A stretch of DNA of 64,000 bases, from the NCBI GenBank assembly GCA_034436595.1, contig DAOTUO010000002.1, positions 5,120-69,119 on the forward strand. Direction: 5' to 3'. A model generated the notes under the pieces. It was not told where the DNA came from. It ran no database searches and saw only the letters and a list, made by a program, of their open reading frames with translations. Source of the stretch: Anaerolineae bacterium (GTDB taxonomy: Bacteria > Chloroflexota > Anaerolineae > Aggregatilineales > Phototrophicaceae). Positions 18,342-29,280 of the stretch are shown here, piece by piece; position 1 is the stretch's first letter; each line of letters starts with the position of its first letter. The position numbers and the translations under genes were made by a program.

Positions 18342-18866
18342 TTATTCTGCATAGAGTTTGGCAAGTTTTTCTTTGGTGAGCAACTTCACAGTTGCCCGTG
18401 CGCCTTTGAGTTTGAGGGCAATAAGCGTGACAGAACCACCAACATTGGTGATTTTTTCGGTTGCGCCTTTGGTCATCCGATGGGCGCTAACAGTGAGTTT
18501 TTTGGTCAGGTCGCCCTTGCCCATAATCACAACAGGTTTTAACGCATCGCGGATAAGCCCTTTGTCATAGAGGGTCTGTGGATTGACCACATCGCCGTCA
18601 TTAAAACGGGCTTCCAAAAAGCGCACATTCACTTCTTGGTGTTCAATACGAAAAATATTGGTAAACCCGCGCTTAAATGGCAAACGGCGCACAAGGGGCA
18701 ATTGACCACCCTCAAAAAACGCGCCTTTACCACCACCACGACGAGCGCCCATACCTTTTGTACCACGCCCTGCGGTTTTACCTTTACCAGAGGCAATACC
18801 ACGACCAACACGACGGAATTTTTTCTTTTGTGACCCTGGTGCGGGTTTTAAATCATGCAGTCTCAT
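18342..18866 (-). CDS. rplO: 50S ribosomal protein L15
   Basis: 174 aa. MRLHDLKPAPGSQKKKFRRVGRGIASGKGKTAGRGTKG. Confidence 0.95.
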   Translation of the reverse strand: MRLHDLKPAPGSQKKKFRRVGRGIASGKGKTAGRGTKGMGARRGGGKGAFFEGGQLPLVRRLPFKRGFTNIFRIEHQEVNVRFLEARFNDGDVVNPQTLYDKGLIRDALKPVVIMGKGDLTKKLTVSAHRMTKGATEKITNVGGSVTLIALKLKGARATVKLLTKEKLAKLYAE

Positions 18867-19059
18867 TGTCTGTTACCTCTTCAACGGTCAACAGGTGGCG
18901 GATTTTATGAAGCATACCCGCAATCTGTGGTGTTACGGTATGAATACGGCTTTGGCGGATTTTACGCAGTCCCAAAGCGCGTGCAGTAGCGCGTTGGTCT
19001 TGAGTATAGCCGATGACACTACGGACGAGTGTCACACGGACTTTTTTATAGTCACTCAT
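18853..19059 (-). CDS. rpmD: 50S ribosomal protein L30
   Basis: 68 aa. VRVTLVRSVIGYTQDQRATARALGLRKI. Overlaps rplO by 14 nt and rpsE by 8 nt. Confidence 0.9.
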   Translation of the reverse strand: MSDYKKVRVTLVRSVIGYTQDQRATARALGLRKIRQSRIHTVTPQIAGMLHKIRHLLTVEEVTDNETA

Positions 19060-19636
19060 CTTTGGTTGTCTCCGTTGGTTCTATACGAATGGTTGCTTTG
19101 CGCTCCCAGAATGGACGAACTTCGTTCACATCCTTGCCACGCATTGCCGCCAATTCTTCGGCGCTCCGCAATTCGGTCAATGCTTTCATGGTTGCCATGG
19201 CAACATTGAGCAAATTGGGGCTACCTTGACTTTTTGTCAAAATATCGTGGACACCAGCCGCTTCGAGTACAGCGCGGACACCACCAGCGGCGATGACCCC
19301 AGTACCTGGAGATGCGGGCTTGAGCAATACTTTGCTCCCGCCATATTTTGCGGTGATTTCGTGAGGGATTGTCACGCCAGACAGTGCCACTGGACGCATA
19401 TTGCGCCGAGCGCGGTCTGCGGCTTTGCGGATGCTATCGGGAACGCCACGCGCCTTACCGATACCCACGCCAACACGACCTTTATTGTCGCCAACAATCA
19501 CCACGGTACGGAAGGCGAAACGTCGCCCTCCTTTAATTACTTTCGCTACGCGCTTAATATCGATAACACGCTCATCAAATTCATCGCGGTCGTCATCGCG
19601 TTTTTCGCGGCGCTCTCTCTTTTCTTTTTCTGCCAT
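19052..19636 (-). CDS. rpsE: 30S ribosomal protein S5
   Basis: 194 aa. RVAKVIKGGRRFAFRTVVIVGDNKGRVGVGIGKA. Confidence 0.96.
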   Translation of the reverse strand: MAEKEKRERREKRDDDRDEFDERVIDIKRVAKVIKGGRRFAFRTVVIVGDNKGRVGVGIGKARGVPDSIRKAADRARRNMRPVALSGVTIPHEITAKYGGSKVLLKPASPGTGVIAAGGVRAVLEAAGVHDILTKSQGSPNLLNVAMATMKALTELRSAEELAAMRGKDVNEVRPFWERKATIRIEPTETTKDE

Positions 19637-19682
19637 AGTTGTCCTCTAAAAATAGACTCTGTTGTGGGAAAATCCCAGCAAA

Positions 19683-20057
19683 TTAGAATTCAAGACCAGC
19701 TTCACGCGCCGCTTCAGCCAATGCCGCCACGCGCCCATGATATTTATATCCACCACGGTCAAACACAACCATGTTCACTCCTGCTGTTTTGGCGCGTTCT
19801 GCGACCATTTTACCGACCAATTTGGCGGCTTCGACTTTTGTCTTGCCGTCTAATTGTTTTTTGATTTCTTCATCAATGGTAGAGGCAGAGACGAGTGTCT
19901 TGCCAGCTTCATCATCAATGACTTGGGCATAAATGTTGCTTAAGCTACGAAACACACACAAGCGAGGGCGACTTGGAGTCCCCTCAACTTTGGCGCGAAG
20001 GCGGCTGTGGCGACGAATGCGCGATTCAGATTTCTTTTGACCTTTAATATCAGGCAT
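19683..20057 (-). CDS. rplR: 50S ribosomal protein L18
   Basis: 124 aa. [20 protein letters not shown] and [26 protein letters not shown]. Confidence 0.95.
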   Translation of the reverse strand: MPDIKGQKKSESRIRRHSRLRAKVEGTPSRPRLCVFRSLSNIYAQVIDDEAGKTLVSASTIDEEIKKQLDGKTKVEAAKLVGKMVAERAKTAGVNMVVFDRGGYKYHGRVAALAEAAREAGLEF

Positions 20058-20069
20058 GAGATAATTTCC

Positions 20070-20621
20070 TTATTTCTTCCCAGATTTACCAGCTTTACGG
20101 CGGACAACCTCGCCACGATAGCGAATCCCTTTACCCTTATAGGGTTCGGGGGGACGCAACTCGCGGATATTGGCGGCAACTTGTCCAACCACTTGTTTAT
20201 CAATGCCATTGATATGAATCACGCGCCCTTTGCTGTCTTTTTCAACTTCAAAAGAGACGTTTTCATCGGGTGGGGTGACCACAATTTCGTGGCTATAGCC
20301 CAATTTGAGGACTAAATCCCTGCCACGCATATCGCCTTGATATTGCACACCCTCGATATCGAGGGTACGGCGAAAGCCTTCAGAGACACCAGTCACCATA
20401 TTTGCCAGCAAAGCACGGGTCAACCCGTGCAACGCCTTATGACCTGCGGCATCTGAGGGGCGCGACACAACAAGGTTGCCCTCTTCCATCGCCACCGACA
20501 TTTCGGGATGAACCACTTGCTTTAGTTCGCCCTTGGGTCCCTTAACGGTGACGTTTTGTCCTTCTATGTTAATCTCTACCTTTGCGGGCAGAGTAATAGG
20601 TTTTTTACCAATCCGAGACAT
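20070..20621 (-). CDS. rplF: 50S ribosomal protein L6
   Basis: 183 aa. MSRIGKKPITLPAKVEINIEGQNVTVKGPKGEL. Confidence 0.96.
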   Translation of the reverse strand: MSRIGKKPITLPAKVEINIEGQNVTVKGPKGELKQVVHPEMSVAMEEGNLVVSRPSDAAGHKALHGLTRALLANMVTGVSEGFRRTLDIEGVQYQGDMRGRDLVLKLGYSHEIVVTPPDENVSFEVEKDSKGRVIHINGIDKQVVGQVAANIRELRPPEPYKGKGIRYRGEVVRRKAGKSGKK

Positions 20622-20636
20622 CGTTTTTCTTCCTTA

Positions 20637-21041
20637 TCACCAAACGTAGCACAGCACTTCGCCACCCACACGCTCGCGGCGGGCTTGTTGCGCGGTCATC
20701 ACACCTTTTGGCGTGGTGACAATCGCAATGCCTGTACCGCTTAACACACGGGGCAAATCGCGGCGACCACTGTACACACGACGACCGGGTTTACTCACAC
20801 GAGAAATGTTTGTAATCACCGGGCGACGGCTACGACGTGGACCATAATATTTGAGCGTGATGTGAATAATATTCACAGGCAGTTCGTCACCAATCGTATA
20901 ATCCTCAATATAACCTTCGTCTTTGAGGATGCGTGCAATCTCGACTTTGATTTTCGATTTTGGCACTTCTACTATTGGTTTTCCGACCATTAGCGCATTA
21001 CGAATGCGCGTTAACATATCTGCAATCGGGTCATTGGTCAT
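20637..21041 (-). CDS. rpsH: 30S ribosomal protein S8
   Basis: 134 aa. [13 protein letters not shown] and GGEVLCYVW at the C-terminus. Confidence 0.96.
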   Translation of the reverse strand: MTNDPIADMLTRIRNALMVGKPIVEVPKSKIKVEIARILKDEGYIEDYTIGDELPVNIIHITLKYYGPRRSRRPVITNISRVSKPGRRVYSGRRDLPRVLSGTGIAIVTTPKGVMTAQQARRERVGGEVLCYVW

Positions 21042-21054
21042 GTTGGCTTTGCTC

Positions 21055-21237
21055 CTACCAGCTAGATTTCACAACGCCAGGAATTTCTCCCTTAAGCGCC
21101 ATCTCACGAAAACAAATGCGACACAATCCAAAACGGCGGATATACCCACGCGGGCGACCACATTTTTGACACCGGTTGCGGATTTGTACTTCATATTTAC
21201 GTTTGCCCTCGCGGGCAATCATAGACTTTTTAGCCAT
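21055..21237 (-). CDS. rpsN: 30S ribosomal protein S14, short zinc-binding (type Z) form
   Basis: 60 aa. C-x2-C (CQKC) and C-x2-C (CRIC), with final W. Confidence 0.93.
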   Translation of the reverse strand: MAKKSMIAREGKRKYEVQIRNRCQKCGRPRGYIRRFGLCRICFREMALKGEIPGVVKSSW

Positions 21238-21257
21238 GGGTTATAGTCTCCAGCACC

Positions 21258-21806
21258 TTAATTATCACGGAATGGCATACCCAATAATTTGAGTAAGCGC
21301 CGACCTTCTTCATCGGTCTTAGCAGAGGTGACGATGGTGATTTCCATCCCGCGTAGTTGGTCAATTTTGTCGAAATCAATTTCTGGAAAAACCAGTTGTT
21401 CGCGCAGACCAACCGTATAATTACCACGCCCATCAAGTTTGGCAGGCACCCCGCGAAAGTCGCGGATACGTGGCAGAGCAATATTAATTAGGCGGTCTAA
21501 GAGCGCCCACATCTTTTCGCCACGCAATGTCACCTTCACACCGATTGAGCGTCCTTCACGCAACTTAAAGCTTGCGATACTCTTTTTGGCTTTGGTGATA
21601 ATCGGTTGTTGCCCAGTGATAATGCGTAAATCTTCCACCGCACCATCGAGCAATTTGGGTTCGTCCATCGCTTTGCCCAAGCCAATATTCAACACGACTT
21701 TTTCGATGCCGGGAACTTGCATAATATTGGCATACTTAAATTCGCTCATCAAGGCTGGCAAAACTTCTTCGCGGTAGCGTGTCTTTAACAATAATTCATT
21801 CGTCAT
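21258..21806 (-). CDS. rplE: 50S ribosomal protein L5
   Basis: 182 aa. LNIGLGKA and [27 protein letters not shown]. Confidence 0.96.
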   Translation of the reverse strand: MTNELLLKTRYREEVLPALMSEFKYANIMQVPGIEKVVLNIGLGKAMDEPKLLDGAVEDLRIITGQQPIITKAKKSIASFKLREGRSIGVKVTLRGEKMWALLDRLINIALPRIRDFRGVPAKLDGRGNYTVGLREQLVFPEIDFDKIDQLRGMEITIVTSAKTDEEGRRLLKLLGMPFRDN

Positions 21807-21820
21807 GATTTTCGCTCCGC

Positions 21821-22144
21821 TTAATCTATATTGGCGTTACATTTTTTGCAGTGGCGCACTTTTCCGCGACCATCCACAAAACGAAATCCGATACGAGTGG
21901 GTTGATTGCAAGCTGGACACACCAACATCACATTGGAGAGGTCTAACGGAGAATCAAACTCGACAATTTGGGCAGGAATCTGTTGATTCCCAACCTGACG
22001 CGCCTTTTCATGGCGTTTGAGTATATTGACACCGTTCACAACCACACGATTGTCTTTGGGAAGCACTGTGACAACTTCGCCACGCTCACCTAAGTCTTTT
22101 CCTGCGATGATAACTACGGTGTCTCCTTTCTTAATTCGTTGCAT
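21821..22144 (-). CDS. rplX: 50S ribosomal protein L24 with C-terminal four-Cys motif
   Basis: 107 aa. [21 protein letters not shown] (KOW). C-terminal CPAC...CKKC. Confidence 0.95.
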   Translation of the reverse strand: MQRIKKGDTVVIIAGKDLGERGEVVTVLPKDNRVVVNGVNILKRHEKARQVGNQQIPAQIVEFDSPLDLSNVMLVCPACNQPTRIGFRFVDGRGKVRHCKKCNANID

Positions 22145-22206
22145 CTTTCTTATTCTCCTTCATTTCGGGGGGCTTATGCTTACCCTGCGCCCGAAATAGC
22201 GTATGA

Positions 22207-22578
22207 TTACAGTGTCTCTGGGGCAAGAGAGACGATTTTCATGAAGCCCTTATCGCGCAATTCACGCGCCACAGGACCAAACACCCGTGACCCTCTTGGG
22301 TTGGTGAGGTCATCTGCCAAAATCACGGCGGCGTTATCGTCAAAACGGATATACGAGCCATCATCACGGCGATATTCTTTTGCTACACGAACAATTACGG
22401 CACGCACGACTTCAGATTTTTTGACATTGCCTTGTGTAGAAGCAGATTTCACTGTCCCTACGACAATATCGCCAATCGAGCCATAACGTCTGCGAGAGCC
22501 ACCCAACACGCGGATGACCAAGATTTCTTGTGCGCCGGTATTATCGGCAATCACTAACCGAGATTCAGTTTGAATCAT
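22207..22578 (-). CDS. rplN: 50S ribosomal protein L14
   Basis: 123 aa. [27 protein letters not shown]. Confidence 0.97.
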   Translation of the reverse strand: MIQTESRLVIADNTGAQEILVIRVLGGSRRRYGSIGDIVVGTVKSASTQGNVKKSEVVRAVIVRVAKEYRRDDGSYIRFDDNAAVILADDLTNPRGSRVFGPVARELRDKGFMKIVSLAPETL

Positions 22579-22580
22579 GA

Positions 22581-22871
22581 CTACTTCTTCTCCTCACCCA
22601 AATCTTTGCTCACATTGAACACTTCGGGTGTTTCTAACACTTCTTCAACAACCCACCGTTTATTTTTGCTGAGGGGGCGGCTTTCGACCACACGCACCAC
22701 TGCCCCAACGGGAATGCTGTCACTTTCATCGTGTGCCATGATTTTTTTGGTAGACACAACGACTTTTTTGTAGATGGGGTGCATTTTACGACGTTCCAAA
22801 AGCACCACAACGGTTTTTTGCATTTTGTCACTAACAACACGACCAACGAGTCGCCGACGATTATTAGCCAT
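22581..22871 (-). CDS. rpsQ: 30S ribosomal protein S17
   Basis: 96 aa. [29 protein letters not shown]. Confidence 0.95.
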   Translation of the reverse strand: MANNRRRLVGRVVSDKMQKTVVVLLERRKMHPIYKKVVVSTKKIMAHDESDSIPVGAVVRVVESRPLSKNKRWVVEEVLETPEVFNVSKDLGEEKK

Positions 22872-22872
22872 G

Positions 22873-23100
22873 TTATTTTTCTCCTTCGGCGGATTGTTGC
22901 GCCGCTAATGCGCGTTCATGTTGCATACCGAGCAACCGCGCCAAGCCACGTTTGGCATAACGCAATTGATTGCCATCTTCTAATTGATTGGCGGCTTTTT
23001 GAAAACGCAAGTTAAAAATCTTCTCGCGTTGGTCTTCAATCGCATCCACCAATTGTTCATCGGTCATATTCCGAATATCACGTACACTTTGTTCTGCCAT
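22873..23100 (-). CDS. rpmC: 50S ribosomal protein L29
   Basis: 75 aa. Position between rplP and rpsQ; LRFQKAANQLEDGNQL helix. Confidence 0.9.
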   Translation of the reverse strand: MAEQSVRDIRNMTDEQLVDAIEDQREKIFNLRFQKAANQLEDGNQLRYAKRGLARLLGMQHERALAAQQSAEGEK

Positions 23101-23534
23101 TAGGACACCTCTTTTCCAGAGATGGGGTCAATGCGTTTGATGAAGCGTGTCTTGCATGGCAATTTGAATGCCGCAAGGCGTAAGGCTTCACGAGCGAGTT
23201 CTTCTTCAATACCCGCCATTTCAAACAACACACGCCCCGGTTTAATCACTGCAACCCAATATTCCACTGGACCTTTACCTTTACCCATACGGGTTTCGGC
23301 GGCTTTTTTGGTAACGGGTTTATCTGGAAATACACGAATCCAAATCTTCCCACGGCGCTTGACATAACGCACCATCGCTTTACGGGCGGCTTCGATTTGA
23401 CGGCTGGTGAGCCACACGGGGTCTAGGGCTTGTAAGCCAAATTCCCCAAATTGCACCACAGCGCCTCTGTCTGCCTTACCGGTCATGCGTCCGCGCATCT
23501 GCTTACGATATTTTACACGTTTTGGCATTAACAT
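23100..23534 (-). CDS. rplP: 50S ribosomal protein L16
   Basis: 144 aa. [21 protein letters not shown]. Confidence 0.97.
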   Translation of the reverse strand: MLMPKRVKYRKQMRGRMTGKADRGAVVQFGEFGLQALDPVWLTSRQIEAARKAMVRYVKRRGKIWIRVFPDKPVTKKAAETRMGKGKGPVEYWVAVIKPGRVLFEMAGIEEELAREALRLAAFKLPCKTRFIKRIDPISGKEVS

Positions 23535-23565
23535 TGCCGATTTTCTCCCTCATCACCTATCTGAA

Positions 23566-23588
23566 GTGGAGAGAAGCGTTCTCTCCAC
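23566..23588 (-). other. 10-bp perfect hairpin in the rpsC-rplP spacer
   Basis: GTGGAGAGAA (23566-23575), loop GCG, TTCTCTCCAC (23579-23588). No T-tract follows on the minus strand. Confidence 0.5.
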
Positions 23589-23600
23589 CACATCCTCTTA

Positions 23601-24290
23601 TTAAGAGGCAACATGAACATCTTTGTCGGCGGAACGATTGGTAATATCTGGCAATTCCACTTTGAGAATGTCGCCCTTATAAATCCATACTTTGATACCA
23701 ATCCGACCATAGGTCGTCAAGGCTTCGGCTGTGCCATAATCAATGTTGGCACGCAATGTTTGGCGAGGAATACGTCCTTCTGCCGCCCATTCACGACGAG
23801 CCATATCTGCACCCGCCAACCGACCACTCACATTAACACGAATCCCTTGTGCGCCTTGACGCATCGCCTGACTAATGGCACGTTTGATGGCACGGCTATG
23901 ACCAATACGGCGTTCCAATTGCCCCGCAATATTAATCGCTACCAATGTCGCATCGAGGTCTGGTTTTTCGATTTCGGTCACTTTGACATTGCACTTTTTA
24001 CCGTTGGTCAGTTTTTCTAAACCTATTTTAAGGTTTTTCACTGCCGCGCCCTTGCTTCCGATAAGGATACCGGGACGGGCGGTGTGAATATTGACCAAAA
24101 CTTGGTTGCTCTGACGCTCAATCTCGATTTTAGAGACACCCGCTTTTTCGCCCTCTTTACGGACAAAGTTGCGGATTTTGCGGTCTTCATGCAGTAATTC
24201 GACATATTTGTCGCCTTCGGCATACCAACGTGCATCCCAATCCCGATTGATTTTCAGACGAAATCCTATTGGATGTACTTTACGACCCAT
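23601..24290 (-). CDS. rpsC: 30S ribosomal protein S3
   Basis: 229 aa. MGRKVHPIGFRLKINRDWDARWYA. Confidence 0.97.
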   Translation of the reverse strand: MGRKVHPIGFRLKINRDWDARWYAEGDKYVELLHEDRKIRNFVRKEGEKAGVSKIEIERQSNQVLVNIHTARPGILIGSKGAAVKNLKIGLEKLTNGKKCNVKVTEIEKPDLDATLVAINIAGQLERRIGHSRAIKRAISQAMRQGAQGIRVNVSGRLAGADMARREWAAEGRIPRQTLRANIDYGTAEALTTYGRIGIKVWIYKGDILKVELPDITNRSADKDVHVAS

Positions 24291-24631
24291 TATTTAGCCT
24301 CCCGTTGTGCCAAAATCACTGTGAGATGTGACGAGCGTTTGACCCGTGGTTTATACCGTCCACGCGCCCCTGCCTTAACACGGCGTGCGCGAGGACCTTC
24401 ATCTGCAAAGATTTGTGCCACATACATTTCGGTTGGGTCGAGGTCAAAGTTATTCTCTGCATTCGCCATAGCCGATTCGAGCGTCTTTTTTACGATATTC
24501 GCGCCTTTTTGGGGCATGAATCTCAATGCCACCCGCGCTTGTTCTGCATTCATCCCACGCACTTGGTCACAAACTAACCGAAGTTTTTGGGGAGAGATGG
24601 AGACGTATTTATATTTTGCGTAAACTTCCAT
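24290..24631 (-). CDS. rplV: 50S ribosomal protein L22
   Basis: 113 aa. ISPQKLRLVCDQVRGMNAEQA. Confidence 0.95.
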   Translation of the reverse strand: MEVYAKYKYVSISPQKLRLVCDQVRGMNAEQARVALRFMPQKGANIVKKTLESAMANAENNFDLDPTEMYVAQIFADEGPRARRVKAGARGRYKPRVKRSSHLTVILAQREAK

Positions 24632-24640
24632 GTCGTTCCC

Positions 24641-24919
24641 CTATTTCTTCTTCTTCTTTTCGACCAGATGCCCGCGATAAGTGCGGGTGGGCGCAAATTC
24701 GCCCAATTTATGCCCTACCATGTTTTCTGTCACATAAATAGGGACATGCCGACGACCATCGTGGACGGCGATAGTATGACCAACCATTTGTGGAAAGATG
24801 GTGCTGGCTCTGCTCCATGTGCGGATAACAGCACCCTTTTTACTTTCCGCATTCAGTTTTTCAACTTTTTTCAACAATTTGGGACTGATAAAAGGTCCCT
24901 TTTTTAATGAACGCGACAT
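24641..24919 (-). CDS. rpsS: 30S ribosomal protein S19
   Basis: 92 aa. [19 protein letters not shown] and [16 protein letters not shown]. Confidence 0.97.
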   Translation of the reverse strand: MSRSLKKGPFISPKLLKKVEKLNAESKKGAVIRTWSRASTIFPQMVGHTIAVHDGRRHVPIYVTENMVGHKLGEFAPTRTYRGHLVEKKKKK

Positions 24920-24930
24920 CTATTCTATCC

Positions 24931-25767
24931 TCATGCTCTCTTATCGCCACGACGACGGACGATGAAACGGTCGGTACGATGGTTGGTACGGGTGCGCTTG
25001 CCCAAAGCAGGCTTGCCCCATGGCGTTTTTGGACCGGGCATACCGATACCAGAACGACCTTCACCACCACCATGTGGATGGCTGTTGGGATCCATGGCGA
25101 CACCACGTACCGCAGGTCTCCAGCCCATCCAGCGCGAGCGTCCAGCCTTGCCCAGTTTTACATTGGCATGGTCGGTATTACCAACCTGTCCAATGGTCGC
25201 CATACACCGTTCATGAATGAGGCGAACCTCACCACTTGGGAGACGAACTTGGCAATAAGTGCCTTCTTTAGCCACCAATTGGGCAGAGACACCCGCAGAA
25301 CGTACCAATTGACCACCCTTACCGGGTTCCAATTCGATATTATGAATTTGTGTACCCAATGGAATATTGCGAATTTCGAGCGCATTGCCCGGACGCAATT
25401 CTGCCAATGGACCGTTGCCCACAATATCACCAACTTTTAGGTTCAATGGCGCAATGATGTAGCGTTTTTCGCCATCTGTATATTCTAGCAAAGCGATACG
25501 TGCAGTACGATTTGGGTCATATTCAATGGCAAGCACAGTGGCTTTAGCATCGAATTTGTTACGACGAAAATCTATCAACCGATAGCGCCGTTTATGACCA
25601 CCACCGCGATGACGCACTGTCACCTTGCCCCGATGATTACGCCCACCATGTTTGCGGATTGCTTCGGTGAGCGAGCGTTCTGGCTTGGACTTGGTAATTT
25701 CTTCAAAACTGTGACCCGTCATCCCCCGCCGTCCTGCGGAGGTAGGTTTATAAACTTTAACCGCCAT
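24931..25767 (-). CDS. rplB: 50S ribosomal protein L2
   Basis: 278 aa. [19 protein letters not shown]. Confidence 0.97.
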   Translation of the reverse strand: MAVKVYKPTSAGRRGMTGHSFEEITKSKPERSLTEAIRKHGGRNHRGKVTVRHRGGGHKRRYRLIDFRRNKFDAKATVLAIEYDPNRTARIALLEYTDGEKRYIIAPLNLKVGDIVGNGPLAELRPGNALEIRNIPLGTQIHNIELEPGKGGQLVRSAGVSAQLVAKEGTYCQVRLPSGEVRLIHERCMATIGQVGNTDHANVKLGKAGRSRWMGWRPAVRGVAMDPNSHPHGGGEGRSGIGMPGPKTPWGKPALGKRTRTNHRTDRFIVRRRGDKRA

Positions 25768-25778
25768 TTGCTTGCCCT

Positions 25779-26075
25779 CTACGCATTAAATAAATCAATC
25801 GTGTTGCCGGGCTTTAGGGTGACAACTGCTTTTTTCCAGCTCTTAGCGCGAATATATTGCTTGCGCCCTCGTTGCCCGCGTTTAGCAGGCACGACCATGG
25901 TATTCACCCGTTCCACTTCGACATCAAAAATAACCTCTATCGCCTCTTTAATTTGTGGCTTATTGGCACCAAGTGCCACTTCAAACGTGTATTTACCGAG
26001 GTCTTCTGTTACCGCGTTTGATTTTTCAGTCACAATTGGGCGACGCAACACTTCATATAAATGGATTGCTGGCAT
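25779..26075 (-). CDS. rplW: 50S ribosomal protein L23
   Basis: 98 aa. [15 protein letters not shown]. Between rplD and rplB. Confidence 0.93.
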   Translation of the reverse strand: MPAIHLYEVLRRPIVTEKSNAVTEDLGKYTFEVALGANKPQIKEAIEVIFDVEVERVNTMVVPAKRGQRGRKQYIRAKSWKKAVVTLKPGNTIDLFNA

Positions 26076-26081
26076 CTTGTC

Positions 26082-26711
26082 TTACTCCTTCTTTCCCCAG
26101 AGGCTGGTAATGAGTTCCAACGCTTCTAGGGTGACAACGACTTTTTCATAATTGAGCAAGTCACGCATATTGAGGTAGCTGGCACGCAGCGACATCGCAT
26201 CGTCCAAGTTACGCACACTCAATTCGACTGGCTCATTTTTTGTTGCCAATAGCACCAGCGCAGAGTTATTGCCCACAAGGTTGTTTAACACTTGGCGCAT
26301 CTCTTTGGTTTTGGGAGTCGTGAGGCTTAGTGAATCCACAAAGACCAATTGGTCATCGCGCAAAAGGGCGCTCAGGGCGCAACGAATGGCGAGTTGGCGC
26401 ATCTTGCGTGGCATACTCTTGGTGTATTTGCGTGGTCGAGGACCATGCGCCACACCACCGCCCACAAAAATCGGCGCACTTTGCGCCCCATGACGCGCCC
26501 GCCCAGTGCCTTTTTGACGGTACATCTTCGCACCAGTCATACGCACTTCGCTACGGGTCTTGGTGTTGTGCGTCCCCAAGCGTGCATTTGCCATTTGGCG
26601 CACATAGGCTTGGTGCATCAACCCAACATTGACATTTACTTCAAATATATCGGCTGGCAAGTCAATGGTTTTAACCTGCTTACCGTTCATATCCATCACA
26701 GGCACTTGCAT
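26082..26711 (-). CDS. rplD: 50S ribosomal protein L4
   Basis: 209 aa. RQKGTGRARHGAQSAPIFVGGGVAHGPRPR. Confidence 0.95.
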   Translation of the reverse strand: MQVPVMDMNGKQVKTIDLPADIFEVNVNVGLMHQAYVRQMANARLGTHNTKTRSEVRMTGAKMYRQKGTGRARHGAQSAPIFVGGGVAHGPRPRKYTKSMPRKMRQLAIRCALSALLRDDQLVFVDSLSLTTPKTKEMRQVLNNLVGNNSALVLLATKNEPVELSVRNLDDAMSLRASYLNMRDLLNYEKVVVTLEALELITSLWGKKE

Positions 26712-26724
26712 CTTCTAGTCTCCC

Positions 26725-27360
26725 TTACTTTCTCGGACGCGCTGGCTTGATAAACACAATTCCGTTTTTGGCACCAGGGATAGACCCACGTACCGCCAAC
26801 AAATTGCGTTCTGCATCCACAACGACCACTTCCAAATTTTGGGCGGTCACACGAGTGTTGCCATAATGACCCGCCATGCGCTGTCCCTTCATGGTACGCC
26901 CTGGGAAGGTATTTTGCCCCACAGAACCGGGCGCACGCTCACGGTCAGATTGACCATGCGTTTTTGGCTGTCTTCTAAAGCCATGCCGTTTGATGGCACC
27001 TGCAAAACCACGACCTTTGCTGGTGCCAATGACATCAACGCGCTCACCTTTTACAAAAACATCTGCTTTAATTTCTTGACCTTCAGTGACATCCACTTGG
27101 TCATCTTTCAGACGAAACTCACGCAATACACGCAAGGCAGGCAGGCTATTGCGACGCAAATGCCCCAATTGCCCTTGTGTCAGATGTTTTGGCTTGGTTT
27201 CGTTAAAGCCGAGTTGCACTGCCACATAGCCATCTCTATCCGATGTACGGATTTGGGTGACAAAACATGGACCAGCTTGAATGACGGTCACAGGGACAAT
27301 TTTCCCTTTTTCGTCAAAGATTTGGGTCATACCCACTTTTTTACCGATAATACCTTTCAT
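26725..27360 (-). CDS. rplC: 50S ribosomal protein L3
   Basis: Trimmed to ATG 27360 ([15 protein letters not shown]; GAGGAAG SD upstream). The ORF-track N-terminal 17 aa were rejected. Confidence 0.95.
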   Translation of the reverse strand: MKGIIGKKVGMTQIFDEKGKIVPVTVIQAGPCFVTQIRTSDRDGYVAVQLGFNETKPKHLTQGQLGHLRRNSLPALRVLREFRLKDDQVDVTEGQEIKADVFVKGERVDVIGTSKGRGFAGAIKRHGFRRQPKTHGQSDRERAPGSVGQNTFPGRTMKGQRMAGHYGNTRVTAQNLEVVVVDAERNLLAVRGSIPGAKNGIVFIKPARPRK

Positions 27361-27475
27361 ACGCTTCCTCTCGGTGGGATGCTGTCGCAATCTGCGCCGG
27401 GCGTTTTGCACCCGCTCCCAACCTATCTACTGATATAGCGGCGGATAACTCTTCTCCGCATATATCACATCCCAA

Positions 27476-27787
27476 CTAAATCTTGATTTCAATATCTACA
27501 CCAGCAGGCAGGTTTAAGCGCATGAGGGTGTCAATCGTCTTGCTATCTGGGTCAAGCACATCAATCAGACGTTTATGGGTTCTGATTTCAAAATGTTCTT
27601 GCGAGTCTTTGTCAATAAATGGTGAGCGTATCACCGTAAACCGTTCTAAACGTGTTGGCAACGGCACTGGTCCCACCACCCGCGCCCCAGTCCGTTCTGC
27701 TGTCTCGACAATGCGTTGGGCAGATTGGTCTAATACACGGTGGTCGTATGCCTTAAGGCGAATCCGAATTTTGTTTTTCGTAACCAT
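27476..27787 (-). CDS. rpsJ: 30S ribosomal protein S10
   Basis: 103 aa. [24 protein letters not shown]. Confidence 0.97.
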   Translation of the reverse strand: MVTKNKIRIRLKAYDHRVLDQSAQRIVETAERTGARVVGPVPLPTRLERFTVIRSPFIDKDSQEHFEIRTHKRLIDVLDPDSKTIDTLMRLNLPAGVDIEIKI

Positions 27788-27860
27788 AACAATCCTCTTG
27801 CCTCGGTCTATGAGGCGCTAGGCACTATCTTTGGTGGGCTTCTTCATTTTTGGGTCAAAG

Positions 27861-27884
27861 AAAGGCGTAGTTGGCTACGCCTTT
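27861..27884 (-). terminator. Second hairpin downstream of tuf (weak terminator or leader element of the S10 block)
   Basis: AAAGGCGTAG TTGG CTACGCCTTT, a 10-bp stem. The minus-strand copy is followed by CTTTG. Confidence 0.4.
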
Positions 27885-27894
27885 CCCCACCGTT

Positions 27895-27927
27895 AAATAA
27901 TGCCGAGAGGGTCTCGGCATTATTTTT
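27895..27927. terminator. Intrinsic terminator downstream of tuf
   Basis: AAATAATGCCGAGA GGG TCTCGGCATTATTT, a 14-bp stem with U-rich 3' flank on both strands, 30 nt after the tuf stop. Confidence 0.6.
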
Positions 27928-27956
27928 GATGATTTAGCACACCGCAACAGCGCGTG

Positions 27957-29156
27957 TTACTTCGTCACTTCCACGATGATACCCGCACCAACGGTCAAGC
28001 CGCCTTCACGGATAGCGAATTTAGAGCCTTTTTCGAGCGCGACAGGCATGATAAGTTCCACGTCCATTGTCACGTTATCGCCAGGCATAACCATTTCCAC
28101 GCCTTCGGGCAGGGTCACGGTACCGGTCACATCCATGGTACGGATGTAGAATTGTGGGCGATAGCCAGTGAAGAAAGCCTTATGACGACCACCTTCATCC
28201 TTCTTAAGGATATAGACTTCGCATTTGAAGTGGCGGTAAGGGACGATACTCTTTGGCTTTGCCAAAACCATCCCGCGTTCCACGTCTTCACGGTTGATAC
28301 CACGGAGCAAAATACCGGCATTGTCGCCAGCTTTGGCAGCATCGAGTTCTTTGTGGAACATTTCGATGCCAGTCACGATGGTTTTCACAACTTCATCGCG
28401 CAAACCAACGATTTCGATTTCTTCACCCTTGAGCAATGTACCACGTTCAACACGACCAGTCACCACAGTACCGCGACCTTTGATGGTGAACACATCTTCC
28501 ACAGGCATGAGGAAGGGTTTGGATGTTTCGCGTTCTGGGGTTGGAATCCACGCATCCACTGCATCCATCAATGCCAAGATTGGGGCATATTCTGGGGCGT
28601 TGGGGTCGTTGCTGGTGCATTCAGATGCTGCCAAAGCCGAACCACGAACAACGGGGGTCGCGGGGTCAAATCCATATTGTGCCAGCAATTCGCTCAATTC
28701 CATCTCGACCAATTCGAGCAATTCAGGGTCGTCCATTTGGTCAACTTTATTCAAGAATATCACCATTGCTGGCACTTCCACTTGGGCAGCCAAGAGGACG
28801 TGTTCACGGGTTTGGGGCATAGGACCATCGGGGGCGCTTACCACGAGAATAGCACCATCCATTTGGGCGGCACCGGTAATCATGTTTTTGATATAGTCAC
28901 GATGGCCTGGGCAGTCTACGTGGGCGTAGTGACGCGCGGCTGTTTGGTATTCAACGTGACGGATGTTGATGGTGATACCACGAGCGCGTTCTTCTGGCGC
29001 ATTGTCAATATCGGCATAATCCATCTTTTGTGCATCACCCCTGAATGACAACACTTTGGTGATGGCGGCGGTAAGGGTGGTCTTGCCGTGGTCGACGTGA
29101 CCAATGGTGCCAATATTTACGTGCGGTTTACTGCGGTCGAATTTTTCTTTAGCCAT
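27957..29156 (-). CDS. tuf: Elongation factor Tu
   Basis: 399 aa. [18 protein letters not shown] GTPase motifs. Confidence 0.98.
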   Translation of the reverse strand: MAKEKFDRSKPHVNIGTIGHVDHGKTTLTAAITKVLSFRGDAQKMDYADIDNAPEERARGITINIRHVEYQTAARHYAHVDCPGHRDYIKNMITGAAQMDGAILVVSAPDGPMPQTREHVLLAAQVEVPAMVIFLNKVDQMDDPELLELVEMELSELLAQYGFDPATPVVRGSALAASECTSNDPNAPEYAPILALMDAVDAWIPTPERETSKPFLMPVEDVFTIKGRGTVVTGRVERGTLLKGEEIEIVGLRDEVVKTIVTGIEMFHKELDAAKAGDNAGILLRGINREDVERGMVLAKPKSIVPYRHFKCEVYILKKDEGGRHKAFFTGYRPQFYIRTMDVTGTVTLPEGVEMVMPGDNVTMDVELIMPVALEKGSKFAIREGGLTVGAGIIVEVTK

Positions 29157-29218
29157 TGTCTATCCTTATACTCTCTTAAAAATTGTGTTTAGCGAACATT
29201 CTGCGCTAGGCGCGTTAT

Positions 29219-29271
29219 GATACACCGTTTTGGTGTATCGCCACAGGGGAAAATTGTTGTTTTCCCCTGTG
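29219..29271 (-). other. Two adjacent hairpins in the fusA-tuf spacer
   Basis: GATACACC/GGTGTATC (29219-29239) and CACAGGGGA/TCCCCTGTG (29242-29271). No clean T-tract on the minus strand. Confidence 0.4.
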
Positions 29272-29280
29272 ATTTTTCCC

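Noticed and set aside
27954-29048. 364-aa plus-strand ORF antisense to tuf, and similar long antisense ORFs (for example 2849-3376, 26839-27438, 29644-30207, 58638-59273, 5230-5766)
   Set aside because: They lie entirely inside strongly supported genes on the other strand. They have His/Thr/Arg-rich compositions typical of antisense frames, and no RBS or family resemblance.
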